This document shows positions 48,579 to 61,483 of a DNA stretch of 64,000 nt, one piece after another. The stretch's first letter is position 1, and each line of letters starts with the position of its first letter. The stretch comes from Callorhinchus milii. Its lineage: Eukaryota. Position numbers and translations under genes: made by a program. The DNA lies in the NCBI RefSeq assembly GCF_018977255.1, contig NW_024704742.1, forward strand, positions 74,712,001-74,776,000. Direction: 5' to 3'. A model generated the notes under the pieces. It had not been told where the DNA came from, did no database searches, and saw only the letters and a list, made by a program, of their open reading frames with translations.

Positions 48579-49241
48579 CTAGCTATACCCACCGGTTGCA
48601 GCTTTGCTTGCAACCAAAGGATCCAATATGGAATGTAGATTTACAGACAGATAAACACCCAGACAGACATTTCATCTTTATTAGTATAGATAGTTAGATG
48701 GATTATAAAATAAAATTATATACATAAGGGGTTAAACTCCAGCGGGGTTGGGGGCTAAACCCCAGCCCCAGGTGAGGCCGCAACTCGAGCCCCAGGCTTC
48801 ACCTTTCTCTTTCCGAGCCAACCATCACATGCCACTGGCCTAACTCTGACATGGCGCTGCCCAGGAACAACAGGAAAACCAGACAAATGGCTGCCGTCAA
48901 TGCCACTTGAAGTAACTTTCACCTCACTACCTGGCTTCATCTAAAGTGCGTGCTCGCGTACTGCATTCGTACGTGATCTGTGACGCACGATACCACAGTG
49001 TCACTGGAAGTCAGCAAGGCCACCAGGTGTAACTGCAACGTACATGTAGCTGCCATACATGTGTGATGAGATTTTTTAAAATATAGCTCATCAACGATAG
49101 GAGATCCCCCCAAAAAAATGCCCATGACACTCCCCGTGCAAAATCTTTCCGATGAAGTAAAATCATGTTTCTACGTCAATTGGTTATTGAGTTCTTAGCG
49201 GACACACAGATGCACAGACATTATGTCTTTATTCGTATAGA
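48579..49241 (-). mobile_element. Non-autonomous Helitron (compound: two 5' ends, one 3' end)
   Basis: Minus strand: A|TCTATACGAATAAAG at 49241 and A|TCTATACTAATAAAG at 48690, each followed by (TCTG/TGTC)-rich sequence; 3' hairpin (48594-48615) then ggtgggtatagCTAG|T at 48579. Confidence 0.78.
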
Positions 49242-49606
49242 TAACATTTGCTAGAGTGCTCTATTTTTTCGTAGGATGAGTAAAGTCCATAAACACTTTG
49301 GGAAGAATGGAAGATTGAAAGAAAAAATTTACAGAAAAAGGAAATGCAAACAGAAATTATATTTTAGATTAGAAACGTTTACTGCTGCAACTCATATTCT
49401 TGGATACGTTTATAAAAATTCCATTATAAATTGCAGCTAGCATCCACTTTGTTATTGTACAATTCTCCTAATGTTTTGTTGTTTTTGATTACGGAACAAA
49501 AGTAGTCAGTGTTTCAGTCGGCACTGTGTTGTATTAACAATCTTTGTTCATCGTAGCAGCAAAATGTCTAGGATACTATTATATTGTAATGTTTCTCCTT
49601 ACTTAG

Positions 49607-49793
49607 CATGGAGCCTGTGTAAATGCAATGGATCTTTGGCAATTCACACCACTTCATGAGGCTGCATCTAAGAATAGAGTCGAAGTCTGTTCACTTTTAT
49701 TGAGCCATGGTGCAGATCCAACTCTAGTCAACTGCCATGGTAAGAGTGCTGTGGATATGGCACCCACCCCAGAACTAAAAGAAAGACTTGCTT
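49607..49793 (+). CDS. TNKS: TNKS exon 8 (187 nt): [24 protein letters not shown]...[11 protein letters not shown]
   Basis: cttag| acceptor, |gtaagt donor. Confidence 0.96.
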
Positions 49794-50041
49794 GTAAGTA
49801 TTGAGAATATCCATGGATATTTAATCTTCAAGAATACGTAACCGAATATTTAAAATTGTAAATGAACAGAGCTGCAAGTTGTTAATGTAATGGTAGGAAG
49901 TAGGTTTATGTTCCTGATTCATTAGATTGAATTGAATCCTCTGGAGGCGGTGGGAAGTGCAGTGGCCCACAAAATCCAATCACATTGACAAATAAACATA
50001 ATGGCCTACAGAACGTCATCACACCAGGATAAGTAAACTAT

Positions 50042-50368
50042 TGTGGAGTCCTGTAACTCAGTGGTTAGAGCACTCACTTCGCAAGCAAGAGACTTGGGTT
50101 CGATTCCTGGCAGGGCGAAATGTTGTGCAAGTTTCCTTACTCCACATGCCTCCATTTACCTAGAGGCAAGTAGGTAATCGGTTGTTAGTCGATTGGCGGA
50201 TTGCTTTTCTGGGGGAAATAATTCCTTCAAAAAAAATAATAAACTAGTCACTTCAATCCGTGACAGTTTGTGGGACACTGCTGTGTGTAATTGGCTGCCG
50301 CGTTTTGCCCACAAAATATACAGTCAATTCACATGATAAGGCTCAATATCAAATGGACGGATTATTAT
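50042..50368 (+). mobile_element. tRNA-Ala SINE (long form, deletion in tail)
   Basis: Head with A/B boxes (gggttcgattcc), internal segment present. Confidence 0.88.
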
Positions 50369-51260
50369 CCTATCACATTCACACAAGATTAAAATTATTT
50401 AGATTTATTTAAAAAACACGTGATTCAAGAATTTTAGACAAAGGTTAAAAAAAAAGTAACCTTATATTCTGCTTCATTGGTTATTACATCAGGCTATGAT
50501 ACACGAATGGCCACTATAGAAACCTTCACTGCAACAAATGTACAGCCTGTTTGTCATAAATCTGGAGGACACTTTTTATGACCTTCTAAAAATGAAATTA
50601 TACATCGCAAAGCTATATGTTTTGTTACTGATTTCACGGTTTTTATGTGGGCACTTTTTCTACTCCTTACGTTGGATTAGTTTTTGTTCTTCTTTTGGCA
50701 TCATTTTAAAGCGTAATCGCTTTATCTACCGTGGGCAAGGTTAGAAGTGTGTTCGGTATTCCATCCTGCAATAGTTCGATTTCACATATGGGGAATTCCC
50801 GTATGGGAACTTTTCACACAACATCACATGAATGCAAAATGTCATCAGTATGCTCTTCTGCAGTTGACAGAAGTTGGAGATTTACTCAACTTGATGCTGA
50901 CACAGGATACACACTGGAAAATCACTAATGTAGTTCTAACTCATTAGTCGTATCAATAATAGGAAAGTAATAGTTAATAATCAAAGCAAAGTGAAATGCA
51001 TCTGTATGAAATAATTAATGACATCCGATACAGCTTCAAGGAGCAGATCTAGTCTGATTAGCCCTATACGTTTTTTGATTGTCTGTAGAAGGCTAAACGA
51101 CATAATGTGTCCAGTTTTCTTAAATCCTTTGATGTTCAAAAGTGATTTTAAAAAGCCCGCTTATTCTAAGGGAATGCCAAAATTGGAATCTTGATTGATG
51201 TCTTCACAATTTGGCAATGTTAACGTTTAGTAAATGCTGTGCTTTTTTTTAAAAAAACAG

Positions 51261-51382
51261 ATGAGTATAAAGGTCATACTTTACTACAAGCAGCCAGAGA
51301 AGCAGATGTGGCAAAAGTGAAGAAGAGCCTTGCTTTAGAGATAATAAATTTCAAGCATCCACAAACGCATGAAACCCCACTG
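51261..51382 (+). CDS. TNKS: TNKS exon 9 (122 nt): [41 protein letters not shown] (ARC3)
   Basis: aaacag| acceptor, |gtaaca donor. Confidence 0.95.
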
Positions 51383-51973
51383 GTAACAAAACTGAATTCC
51401 TATGCTTATTCATTGTATGAAATACTTATTTTAAGATATAGTGCATGATTTCAGGAAAATGTAATTATAGCCATTTTTAGCTACTTCTTACAGGACAGAG
51501 TAACATTTGAAACTGTAAATGTCAGTACCCCATCCAAAAATTATTTCTCTGGTTCTGATCATAAGCTACCAGATGTGCTAGAGAGCGCACAGAGTATTTA
51601 GTTGTAATGGAAGGAACGTTCAATAATTGGGTTAGTTTTATTACCTTTTGGACGGGTATCAAAAATAAGACAGCTTTCGGGGACATCAAAAAAAACCATT
51701 TTTATCAATGTCAATATCCGTTTACAAACAGTGTACAGAAAAGAAATTAACTGCACTGTTTATTTTGTAAGTGTAAAAGGGAAATGTTTGAAAAACATTG
51801 AGGAAATATAAGGTGAGGGAATTGCATCCCATCACTTCAAAGTTCAACAAAGTATTGGTGCGAATACACTATGGTTATGGTGACTTTGTGCCATCATTAA
51901 TAATATTGTACTAGTTGGTGAAAGAATACATTTTTCATTAATATCTGGGATTTATATGTGAATTCCTTTACAG

Positions 51974-52065
51974 CACTGTGCTGTGGCTTCTCAGCACCCT
52001 AAACGTAAACAGGTGACAGAACTGCTTTTGAGAAAAGGAGCAAATGTCAATGAAAAGAACAAAGA
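51974..52065 (+). CDS. TNKS: TNKS exon 10 (92 nt): [31 protein letters not shown]
   Basis: tacag| acceptor, |gtaagt donor. Confidence 0.96.
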
Positions 52066-52640
52066 GTAAGTCTTTCATTTAACAATAAAATGATTTAGTA
52101 ATTTAAACTATAAAATTATTTATTAGATATACAGAACAAGTCTAGTTTTATAATGTGAAAAAAAGATCAATTATTAAGTGAAGTACCATTGGGAAGGAGG
52201 GTTCAATTTATTTTCATGTGAATATGAAGTAAATGGTTATAACTTCTTGCAGTAAACATTCAAATGTCGTTCTAACAGCATCAGTTTACCTAAAGGAAGT
52301 ATGGGCTAACACTAAATTTCCATTGTAAGTAAATCTTTTACCATAACCTATTGTTTTCTTGGATTCCCATGACATATTCAAGCACAAAAAAACAGAGCAG
52401 CATATGATGAATTAAAGTTCATATTGATGTATTGGTTTTGTTGATGAATAACCAATTCAGCGCCCTTCACATGACTACCCCATGTAAAGGGCGCTATATA
52501 AATGTAAGTTGTATTAATACGAATGTTGGTAAATATGCTGCAAGTGGTTTTGGTAGCAGATTTCTTGATGTTCACAAACATCACTTAAAAGAAAATTTGT
52601 ATTCATTTTCAAATATTGTAATGTCTAATTTATGTTACAG

Positions 52641-52719
52641 TTTTCTCACACCTCTACACACAGCAGCAGAAAGAGCACACAATGATGTTGTAGAAGTTCT
52701 TCACAAACATGCAGCTAAG
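52641..52719 (+). CDS. TNKS: TNKS exon 11 (79 nt): [26 protein letters not shown]
   Basis: tacag| acceptor, |gtaatg donor. Confidence 0.96.
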
Positions 52720-52771
52720 GTAATGTAATTTTTTTTCAAGATGTAAAATAATAGATGAACCAGCTATCTGA

Positions 52772-53104
52772 TCTGTCATGACCAGTGCCTTGGGAGTAGT
52801 GTATACCCGCCTGGCTTAGGAACCGGACCACCAAAGGTGGGCTCGATTCTGACATTCTGTTGTCAAGCACGTGACCTTGGAGCCAGTTCAATTCCAAGGA
52901 GACCCTGCTTACCTTCCCTCCCCTGTCCCCAAAGTAGCCTGAGAGAAGCCGGCGCTGACTCTAGTCGAGGAGTACAGCCTTGGCCTAGTTTGCATTTAAC
53001 TGCAGTAAGTTTTCAAATGTATCTGATGCATTAACGCCCCAAATGGTGCATCAATTCCTGAATGAGCCATAACTAGTTATTCCAAGGGCACTGGTAATGA
53101 TAGA
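52772..53104. mobile_element. ~333-bp element bounded by ~28-bp imperfect inverted repeats (MITE-like), intron 11
   Basis: tctgtcatgaccagtgccttgggagta (from 52772) vs reverse complement of tattccaagggcactggtaatgataga (to 53104). Confidence 0.6.
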
Positions 53105-53267
53105 CCTTGTGGGTAGGACTGGGAGAGGCAAACCAGTCCAGGATTCTTTTTGGATTTGATCTTTACATTTTGGTGTTAATCCCTAATATGGGACCTTATC
53201 AAAGGCTTTCTGGAAGTTCATGTGTACATTAACGACTGCAATATCAGTGATGTTCTCTCTTCCACAG

Positions 53268-53439
53268 ATGAATGCTTTGGACACCCTTGGCCAAACGGCT
53301 CTGCACAGAGCATCACATGGTGGTCATCTACAGACATGTCGCCTCTTGTTAAGTTATGGAAGTGACCCCTCCATTGTCTCGCTTCAAGGTTTTACAGCAG
53401 CACAAATGGGAAATGAATCTGTTCAGCAGATACTGAATG
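53268..53439 (+). CDS. TNKS: TNKS exon 12 (172 nt): [28 protein letters not shown]...ESVQQILN
   Basis: ccacag| acceptor, |gtaggt donor. Confidence 0.96.
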
Positions 53440-54165
53440 GTAGGTGTAATGGAAGTACACACATTTCCTTATGTTACTATAATAATTAATTGAAAAGGGA
53501 AGATATTTTGGCAGTTTGCTGTAATCTTACGTTGGGACATATATTCATAAAACATAACACAGCTTACAATCAGATAATACCACCCATGAAGATGACAAGA
53601 TACAGCTGAATAATTGAAGCAGACATGGAAAATGGAGGAACTGCACATCAGGTTATAATCAGGATATGAAAGAGAAAGATTAATATTTCAAAATGAACTA
53701 TTTTTTATTTGATTCAGAATTACTTGCACTACAATCGAAGTAGAATTAAACAATTTTCTTTAGCATTGTTTTTGTGGATGTAGTGATGTTGAGCAGTCAA
53801 ATATTGAGTTATGCTGAGCCACATAACTCAGAAACCATGACTAACATTTGTAGTCCAGGCTCAGCATCTATAGCTACAAGAAAGAAGAACCAGCAGTAGT
53901 TTTTAAAATCTTTAGGAATCAACAGATTGAAAGAAATTTAACACCATAGGTTTCTTTCTAGTTCTCTACTAGGTAATGTGTGATTTCTGTTGGATTCTAC
54001 AATTATATAGATGATGACCATCTGACAACACTTATAATGCAATTTATGTTCTCCAGAAGATTGATAACCAGTCTTTAGAAAACAAATTAGAAGGGATGTT
54101 GTTATAAAGAAGAAAATATAAACTGACCAGGCCACTAATTTATCCTGTTGAATATTTTTGTTTAG

Positions 54166-54245
54166 AAAACGTTCCTTTACGCAACTCGGATATTGATTAT
54201 CGACTTCTGGAGGCAGCAAAAGCTGGTGATCTGGAAACTGTAAAG
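54166..54245 (+). CDS. TNKS: TNKS exon 13 (80 nt): [27 protein letters not shown]
   Basis: tttag| acceptor, |gtatgc donor; read manually. Confidence 0.95.
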
Positions 54246-54344
54246 GTATGCATTTTGTACAATTCTGAAAGTATAATCTCAATGAGATTCAGCCCAACAC
54301 TGAAATGTTCATATTCAATCCAAATAAAAATTAAACATGAAATA

Positions 54345-54582
54345 CAAACAAAGAATATTAACTGCGTAATTGGCTGCTGTGTTTTGCCCGCAAGATATAT
54401 CATCAGTTCACTTCACAGTATATTCTGTGAAGCGCTTTGAGAGGTATCAACAATGTGATAAGCCGCTATATCAAATGCATGGATTATTATTATAACATTA
54501 ACTTTAGTCACTGGCAGGTCATTACAATACAAAATTACATTTGTATAGCGCCTTTCACGTCTGGCAGACATCCCAAGGTGCT
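54345..54582. mobile_element. SINE 3' half (+, 54345-54495) and L2 tail-only insertion (-, 54525-54582)
   Basis: Similarity to other copies in the window. Confidence 0.75.
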
Positions 54583-55489
54583 ACTAACTTAGCACCTAAT
54601 TCTCAATACTTATGTTAATAATAACCCATCAAATTTTAAATTAGTAGGAATCGTTGATTGTTAACACATCTGAATTTTTCTTTCTGTGGAAAATTAAATG
54701 GAATCCATCTTTTATTGCATCAGAATTTAATGTGAAGCAAAAATAATAATCTTTACATTTCGTATAATGCCTTTCATGTCGGGAGGACGCCTTTAAGCAC
54801 TTCATGTGATATATTGTATATTTTGTGATCAATGTAAGCCATTGAAATACTCATAGAAATATTTCTGACCTTCCAAATTATAATTAGCAAAGCAATTTAG
54901 ATGCGGTTTAATTACCAGGCTTGAGGATTTTTCCAGTTTATCTAGTCTAGCATATAGCTTAGGAATCGGAAAGCCCATTTCTGCACAGTTTCATCTTTAA
55001 GTATTTAATGTCCGCTGATTAGTATACAATATTTTTTCCATTGTAAGGCTCAAAATTGCAAATGATAAAATCAGTATGTTCTGGTGGCCTCTTTATCTTG
55101 CTGATGTGAAAGTAATGCTGGCATTATCTTGAGATAATGTGTGAAACACGTTTAGAAAATTATAGTGAAATGAAGCCCATCAAAATAACAGTGGGTATTG
55201 AAGATTTTAGACAAACACACTTTTAGAGCTATGGATTTATTATTAATAATAATAATCATTGCATTTGATATAACGACATTCATGTTGGCAGGATATCTTA
55301 AAACATATAAGGCGTAAGTGTTCTGATCTTGACTGGCTGGCATATAATATTTATATGGGTCTCCTTACTGACCAACAGCTCCTGTCACTGCCAGATAGTG
55401 AGTCACACTGTATGGCTGGAGGAGCCATGCCTACTGCCAGATAATGAGCCGCACGGCTGATTAATGGTAGAGGGAAGAGTGATTGATGG

Positions 55490-55590
55490 CGTGGGGGGAG
55501 AGAGAGAGTAGGATGGGGTGGGGGGAGAGAGAGAGAATATGATGGGGTGGGGGGAGAGAGAGAGTATGATGGGGTGGGGGGAGAGAGAGA
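55490..55590. repeat. Purine-rich ~27-30-bp tandem repeat (gagagagagtatgatggggtggggg) x3, G-quadruplex-prone
   Basis: Direct reading. Confidence 0.8.
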
Positions 55591-55802
55591 GTAATTGAGA
55601 GGAGAGTGTGGGTGAGAGAGTGCGTAAGAGAGTGATTGAGGGAGAGCTCGTGGTTCACTGTCTCCCTTGGCCGTCGCAGAGGGGATCGAGGACAGATACC
55701 GAATGCCATGCAAGCTCACTCTTTACCTTGTGAGAAACTCCTCTACGACCTTCGTCCCCTCTCTCCACCCTACTTCTGCACCCCATGTCCCTCCACCCCA
55801 TC

Positions 55803-56176
55803 GTGGAGTCCTGTAGCTTAATGGTTAGAGCATTTGTCTCACAAGCGAGAGGATCTGGGTTCAAATCCCAGCAGGGTGAAATGTTCGGCAAGTTTCCTTA
55901 CTCCATACGCCTCTGTTTATCTAGCAGTAAGTAGGAACCTCGTTATTATTCGATTGATCAATCGCTCTTCTATAGATAATAATTCCTTTATTAAAAAAAA
56001 GAATAATTTAGTCACTCAATTTTAACTGTTTGTGGAACACTGATGTGCACAATTGGCTGCTGTGTTTTGCCCACAAAATATACAATGAATTGAGTTTACA
56101 GTGCATTCTGTGAAGCGCTTTGAGACATTTGGAAGACGTGATCAGGCACTATATCAAATGCAAGGATTATTATTAT
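55803..56176 (+). mobile_element. tRNA-Ala SINE (long form, full length)
   Basis: Head, CORE-like box, internal segment, L2-type tail. Confidence 0.88.
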
Positions 56177-56415
56177 CTGCCCCACCATCACTATTTTGTC
56201 CCCACTTTCTGGAGCTCCAATCCTGGAGTCCCTCCAACCTGGTCCTCCCCTCTTTCAAGGCACATCAAGACTTAATTTTTGACTGTGCTCTCAATCACTT
56301 TTCCCTTCCCCACCCCACCTCTCAGCTCCCACCCCCAGCTCATGTGCCCAGCCAGCAGTATCAAGCTCTTTGAGGCTTCCTTCATATGTGAAAAGGTACT
56401 GTGTAAATGCTTTAT
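56177..56415 (+). mobile_element. Decayed L2 3' end
   Basis: tctggagctcc..tttcaagg..tttgactgtgct..gtgaaaagg..taaatg. Confidence 0.6.
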
Positions 56416-56419
56416 TTCT

Positions 56420-56501
56420 GGAATGGAAACTTCTTAGTTTGGTTTGGATAGCATGGTGATGGGTTTCCGCATGTGTTAGACACCTGGCTGACCAAAAAAA
56501 A
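56420..56501 (+). mobile_element. 3' terminal fragment of the poly(A)-tailed RTE/RTEX-like family
   Basis: gtttggatagcatggtgatgg..acacctggctgacc(A)8 matches the 3' ends at ~15952 and ~17910. Confidence 0.6.
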
Positions 56502-56576
56502 TTCAGATCCAATGTAATAAGCTTTGGGAAAATAATAGTGACCTTTGTTAATTTAATTATACATTTTTCTTTCAAG

Positions 56577-56722
56577 CAATTGTGCACAACACAAAATGTG
56601 AATTGCAGAGACTTGGAAGGACGTCACTCTACCCCACTGCACTTTGCTGCAGGTTACAATCGAGTGGCTGTGGTAGAGTATCTACTCCATCATGGAGCTG
56701 ATGTGCATGCCAAAGACAAGGG
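56577..56722 (+). CDS. TNKS: TNKS exon 14 (146 nt): [49 protein letters not shown] (ARC4)
   Basis: ttcaag| acceptor (AAG), |gtatgt donor. Confidence 0.96.
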
Positions 56723-57504
56723 GTATGTATACATCTGCAAGTGTGGCAACTTGTACTTTCAATATTTTTACTCCTTGCTACCCATTTCCAGAGGGCAAAA
56801 TAGCACCATTCTACAATCTGTTCTAAGTAACTACAGGGGATTCCACTCTTTTTGATCATCCCCATCCCCCACACTTATGAGAAAAATGATTATTTGAAAG
56901 GGCTTATTTACTAAAATGTAGAACAGTCATCCAGTTTAATTCAGATGCTTAACCAGTTTCCAGCTAAGACTAATCTTTCAATTTTTTTTAATACCCAATT
57001 TTGCTCGTAACATGTAAGGTGGTAAATAACTATCAATTGTTGTTCTTGGAGAACATTGAATTTGTATTACAATCCCCTCTGACTTGCATGTTGATATGCA
57101 TCAAGACTGACACCTGTTTCAGATCCCCCTCCAAATTTGACCACAGACTGGATTGTGAACGTCTTTCAGAATACTTACCTTTTGCAGGTTTTGAATGTAG
57201 AATTTGCTAATGTGATGATTGTAATATAAAACAAGTCAATATAGTTCTTTATTTTTTTTCACTTCAAGCAGTACTAATCCTGACTTTTAGTCAGCTTGTA
57301 GATAAGTAAACAAGTACCTTCTTTAGGGATCGACCCCCTATGCTTTTTTCAAGCTCAATTTGAACTGAATTATGTGATTGTTGCACAGACCCCCTTCTCA
57401 CTGAAATATTCCTCGCCTATGACATTCTCCTCGCAGTGTTTCTTTAATGCACTCCATTGGCACCTCTTTGTCAATACACTTTATCCTCCCAACTGCGAAG
57501 CTTT

Positions 57505-57595
57505 ATATATACATAATCTATATATACACACACATCTATATATATATATACTGAGGAAGGTCTTAAAATATATATATATATATGTATAATATATG
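57505..57595. repeat. (TA)n/(CA)n microsatellite cluster
   Basis: Direct reading. Confidence 0.85.
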
Positions 57596-58187
57596 TAACA
57601 AAAGCAGAGTGTTGGAATTGATTCTGCTGAAAGTTGGAGCTTGAAACAGGTGCTTAATAGTTGAGTTTAGAAGTTAAGTTTGTATGGAGAGCAAGAGCGA
57701 ATGAATAGTTGTGAGGAGAGCCAGGGTGCCTGATGTATCTTGTGCTTGTGGAGGTGAGTCTAATCGGCTGGTTTGAATCAGGTGGTAATTGAGGTGTTCC
57801 ACTTTGAAACACCTCATTGGTGACTGAGCTTTCATCTAATATACCCCTAAGCTTTGAACTCCCTTCTTGTACCCTTCCATCTCCCCCTCCTTTAAATGCC
57901 ACCTTAAAATGTATCTTGTCAGTGAACCTACTCCTTCCCACCTCATCCTCTTCCCTGCTCGATATTCACCCTGGCCTTGTAAACACTCCCAAGATGTTAT
58001 CTTACACAAAGGACAGTATATAAATGCATGTCACTGTATTAAAAAATGTTTTTGTTTTAAACAAAACGCAGTCAAATTCATGATCATTCAAAAATGAGGA
58101 AGGCCATAAAATACTTTTTTTTTAATTCATGGAAATCTTTGTCTGAGCTTTACATCCAACAACATTGCAGTTACTGTATTTTGAGTT

Positions 58188-58410
58188 GGCTAGGAAACCG
58201 GAAGAAACTCCCATCTCTTTTCAAATAGTGCCATGGGATCTTTAACATCCACCTCAACAGGCAGATGGGACTTCGGATAATGTTTCATCTAAAGGACGAC
58301 ATCTCCAGCAATGAAACACATCCTTAGCAGTGTCAGCTTAAACTCTCTGATTCCAGGTCCCGACATGGGTTTGAACCCACAACCTTCAACTCTGGGGCAA
58401 CAGTGCTGTT
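58188..58410 (-). mobile_element. Old Deu-domain SINE 5' half
   Basis: ttttcaaatagtgccatgggatctttaacatccacct..gggtttgaacccacaaccttc. Confidence 0.75.
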
Positions 58411-58635
58411 TTAAGATAACCAAAACCCTTTTTTTGTTTTTGTTTTAAACAAAGCAAATTAACAGAATTACCCATGGAATACGTCAGAGGGTACAATAGG
58501 GGACCACAGGCAAGTACATGATCATTCAAAATTGAGGAAGGCCTTATACAACTTTTTTATTCCATGGAAATTATTTGAGCTTTGCATCTTAGCAATTTAG
58601 CTACTGTATTTTGAATTTTAATGGTAATAGAGTAG

Positions 58636-58881
<246 letters not shown>

Positions 58882-59983
58882 TAAGTATCCAGTGCATTAC
58901 ATCTAAGGCTTCTGTTTTTTGGGGGTTAAACATTTAATTTTCGGGATTGAATTTTTAGCAGTTTTTGAGTTCTAAAAATTTTGAGGTTTTCGGGGCTTTC
59001 ACTTTGTTGTAATGAGAAGATTCAGAATCGCTTGCGCACAGGGAGGGGAGAGAGGCATCCTCACTCACGTGCAGTGCCTCCCTCCTCTCACAAACACATC
59101 ACGATTCACTTGCGCACATGGAAGGGAGAGGGGGAAGCAGACAGCAAGAGTAACACATGTGCAGCTGGTGTTACGACAGGTAAGCAATTATGGTGGTTTA
59201 TTGGATAAACATCAATTTTGTTTTGTTGCATCGGGGTGTTTAATTTTTTTTATCTGTTAAAATCAAAAATCAGAAGCCAAAATTATATATTGCATCATAT
59301 TGCTTCTATTGATAGTTAGCATCGGATAAATGATGCTGCTTCCAGTCAGAAATACCAATCGACTATCTCCACTACCGAGGAAAGTAATCAATATACTGAA
59401 CTTTCTATGAGAACCAACTGATTCAGCATAGATGTGTCTATGCAGTTTGTATCGAGACTTGCATTTACACTCCTTTTCACTTGAAACCTGTACTATTTTA
59501 TATAATCTGGACAGTACAAAGAAAATGAGCAGAATTTAGCTTTTTTTAAAAAAAGACAATCATTTGCACATAACAACAATGTCATTGGTACCTAAAGTAT
59601 GACTATCAATGCACTAAACAACTAAAGATTTTTATTTAAAGAAAGATAAAATAAAGGCAAATGTTTTTATGCTGCCGTTACAATACAGACTTGGTCACGT
59701 CATGCTCACTAAGTAGATTCCTTAGACTGGCATGAAATTATACCATAAAATATATTTGCTTAAAACATAAGTCAACAAAATTTCAGCTTTCAGTTCATTT
59801 ATGAGATTTACTCGTCAAACATAATTTTATGTTTTTTTGTTTTGCAATATGCATTTCGTAATTTGAGAGACTAGTGTAAATTATTAGTGCAGTGTTATGT
59901 AAAACAAAGTTGTTCTACATGAATAATATGCTTTTATTATAGTCTTAAATAAGAAACTAAATAATAGTCTTCACCTACCATAG

Positions 59984-60830
<847 letters not shown>

Positions 60831-61064
60831 GAACATGGCAGGGTTAAATAGTTGCTTAACTGGTTAGAAACTAATTTTAGCAAAAGTGGTAGTCTACCAT
60901 CAACACATATGTTTCTAAGTCAGGAATTTAAAACTCAATAGAAACATTTCTAGAAGTTTAGGAAATAAAATTCTGTGAAATGCATAAAAATGGTAAAGAT
61001 GCCAAAACTAGCTGAAAAATGTACATACTGTATCTTTTTGAATTAAAATATTTTGCTCAAATAG

Positions 61065-61174
61065 CTGGCTATAATAACCTTGAAGTGGCTGACTATCTTC
61101 TGGAGCATGGTGCAGATGTTAATGCACAGGACAAAGGAGGCCTTATTCCTCTTCATAATGCAGCTTCCTATGGG
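61065..61174 (+). CDS. TNKS: TNKS exon 17 (110 nt): [37 protein letters not shown] (ARC5)
   Basis: aatag| acceptor, |gtaaga donor. Confidence 0.96.
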
Positions 61175-61483
61175 GTAAGATGAAACATTTGACCAACTTT
61201 CAGTGTGGGATTATAATTAGCGACTTAACTGAAGTGGGATTGTACTGAAATATAAATGCGAAAAATCTGCATTCTGGGTTGTCAGATGTGTTAGATCATC
61301 TTAGGACAACCTTTTTATTGTTTGCTGGGCCAAATTCAGTTCTCTTATTCAGTTCTCGCACCATTGATATCATCGTTCCTTGTTTTTGCAGAACTGGTAG
61401 AAATATAATGAATCTTTGATATTGATTTGATCATTACCATCACTAATGTAACTGTATTTAACGTGGCTTTTCTGTTTTTTCAG

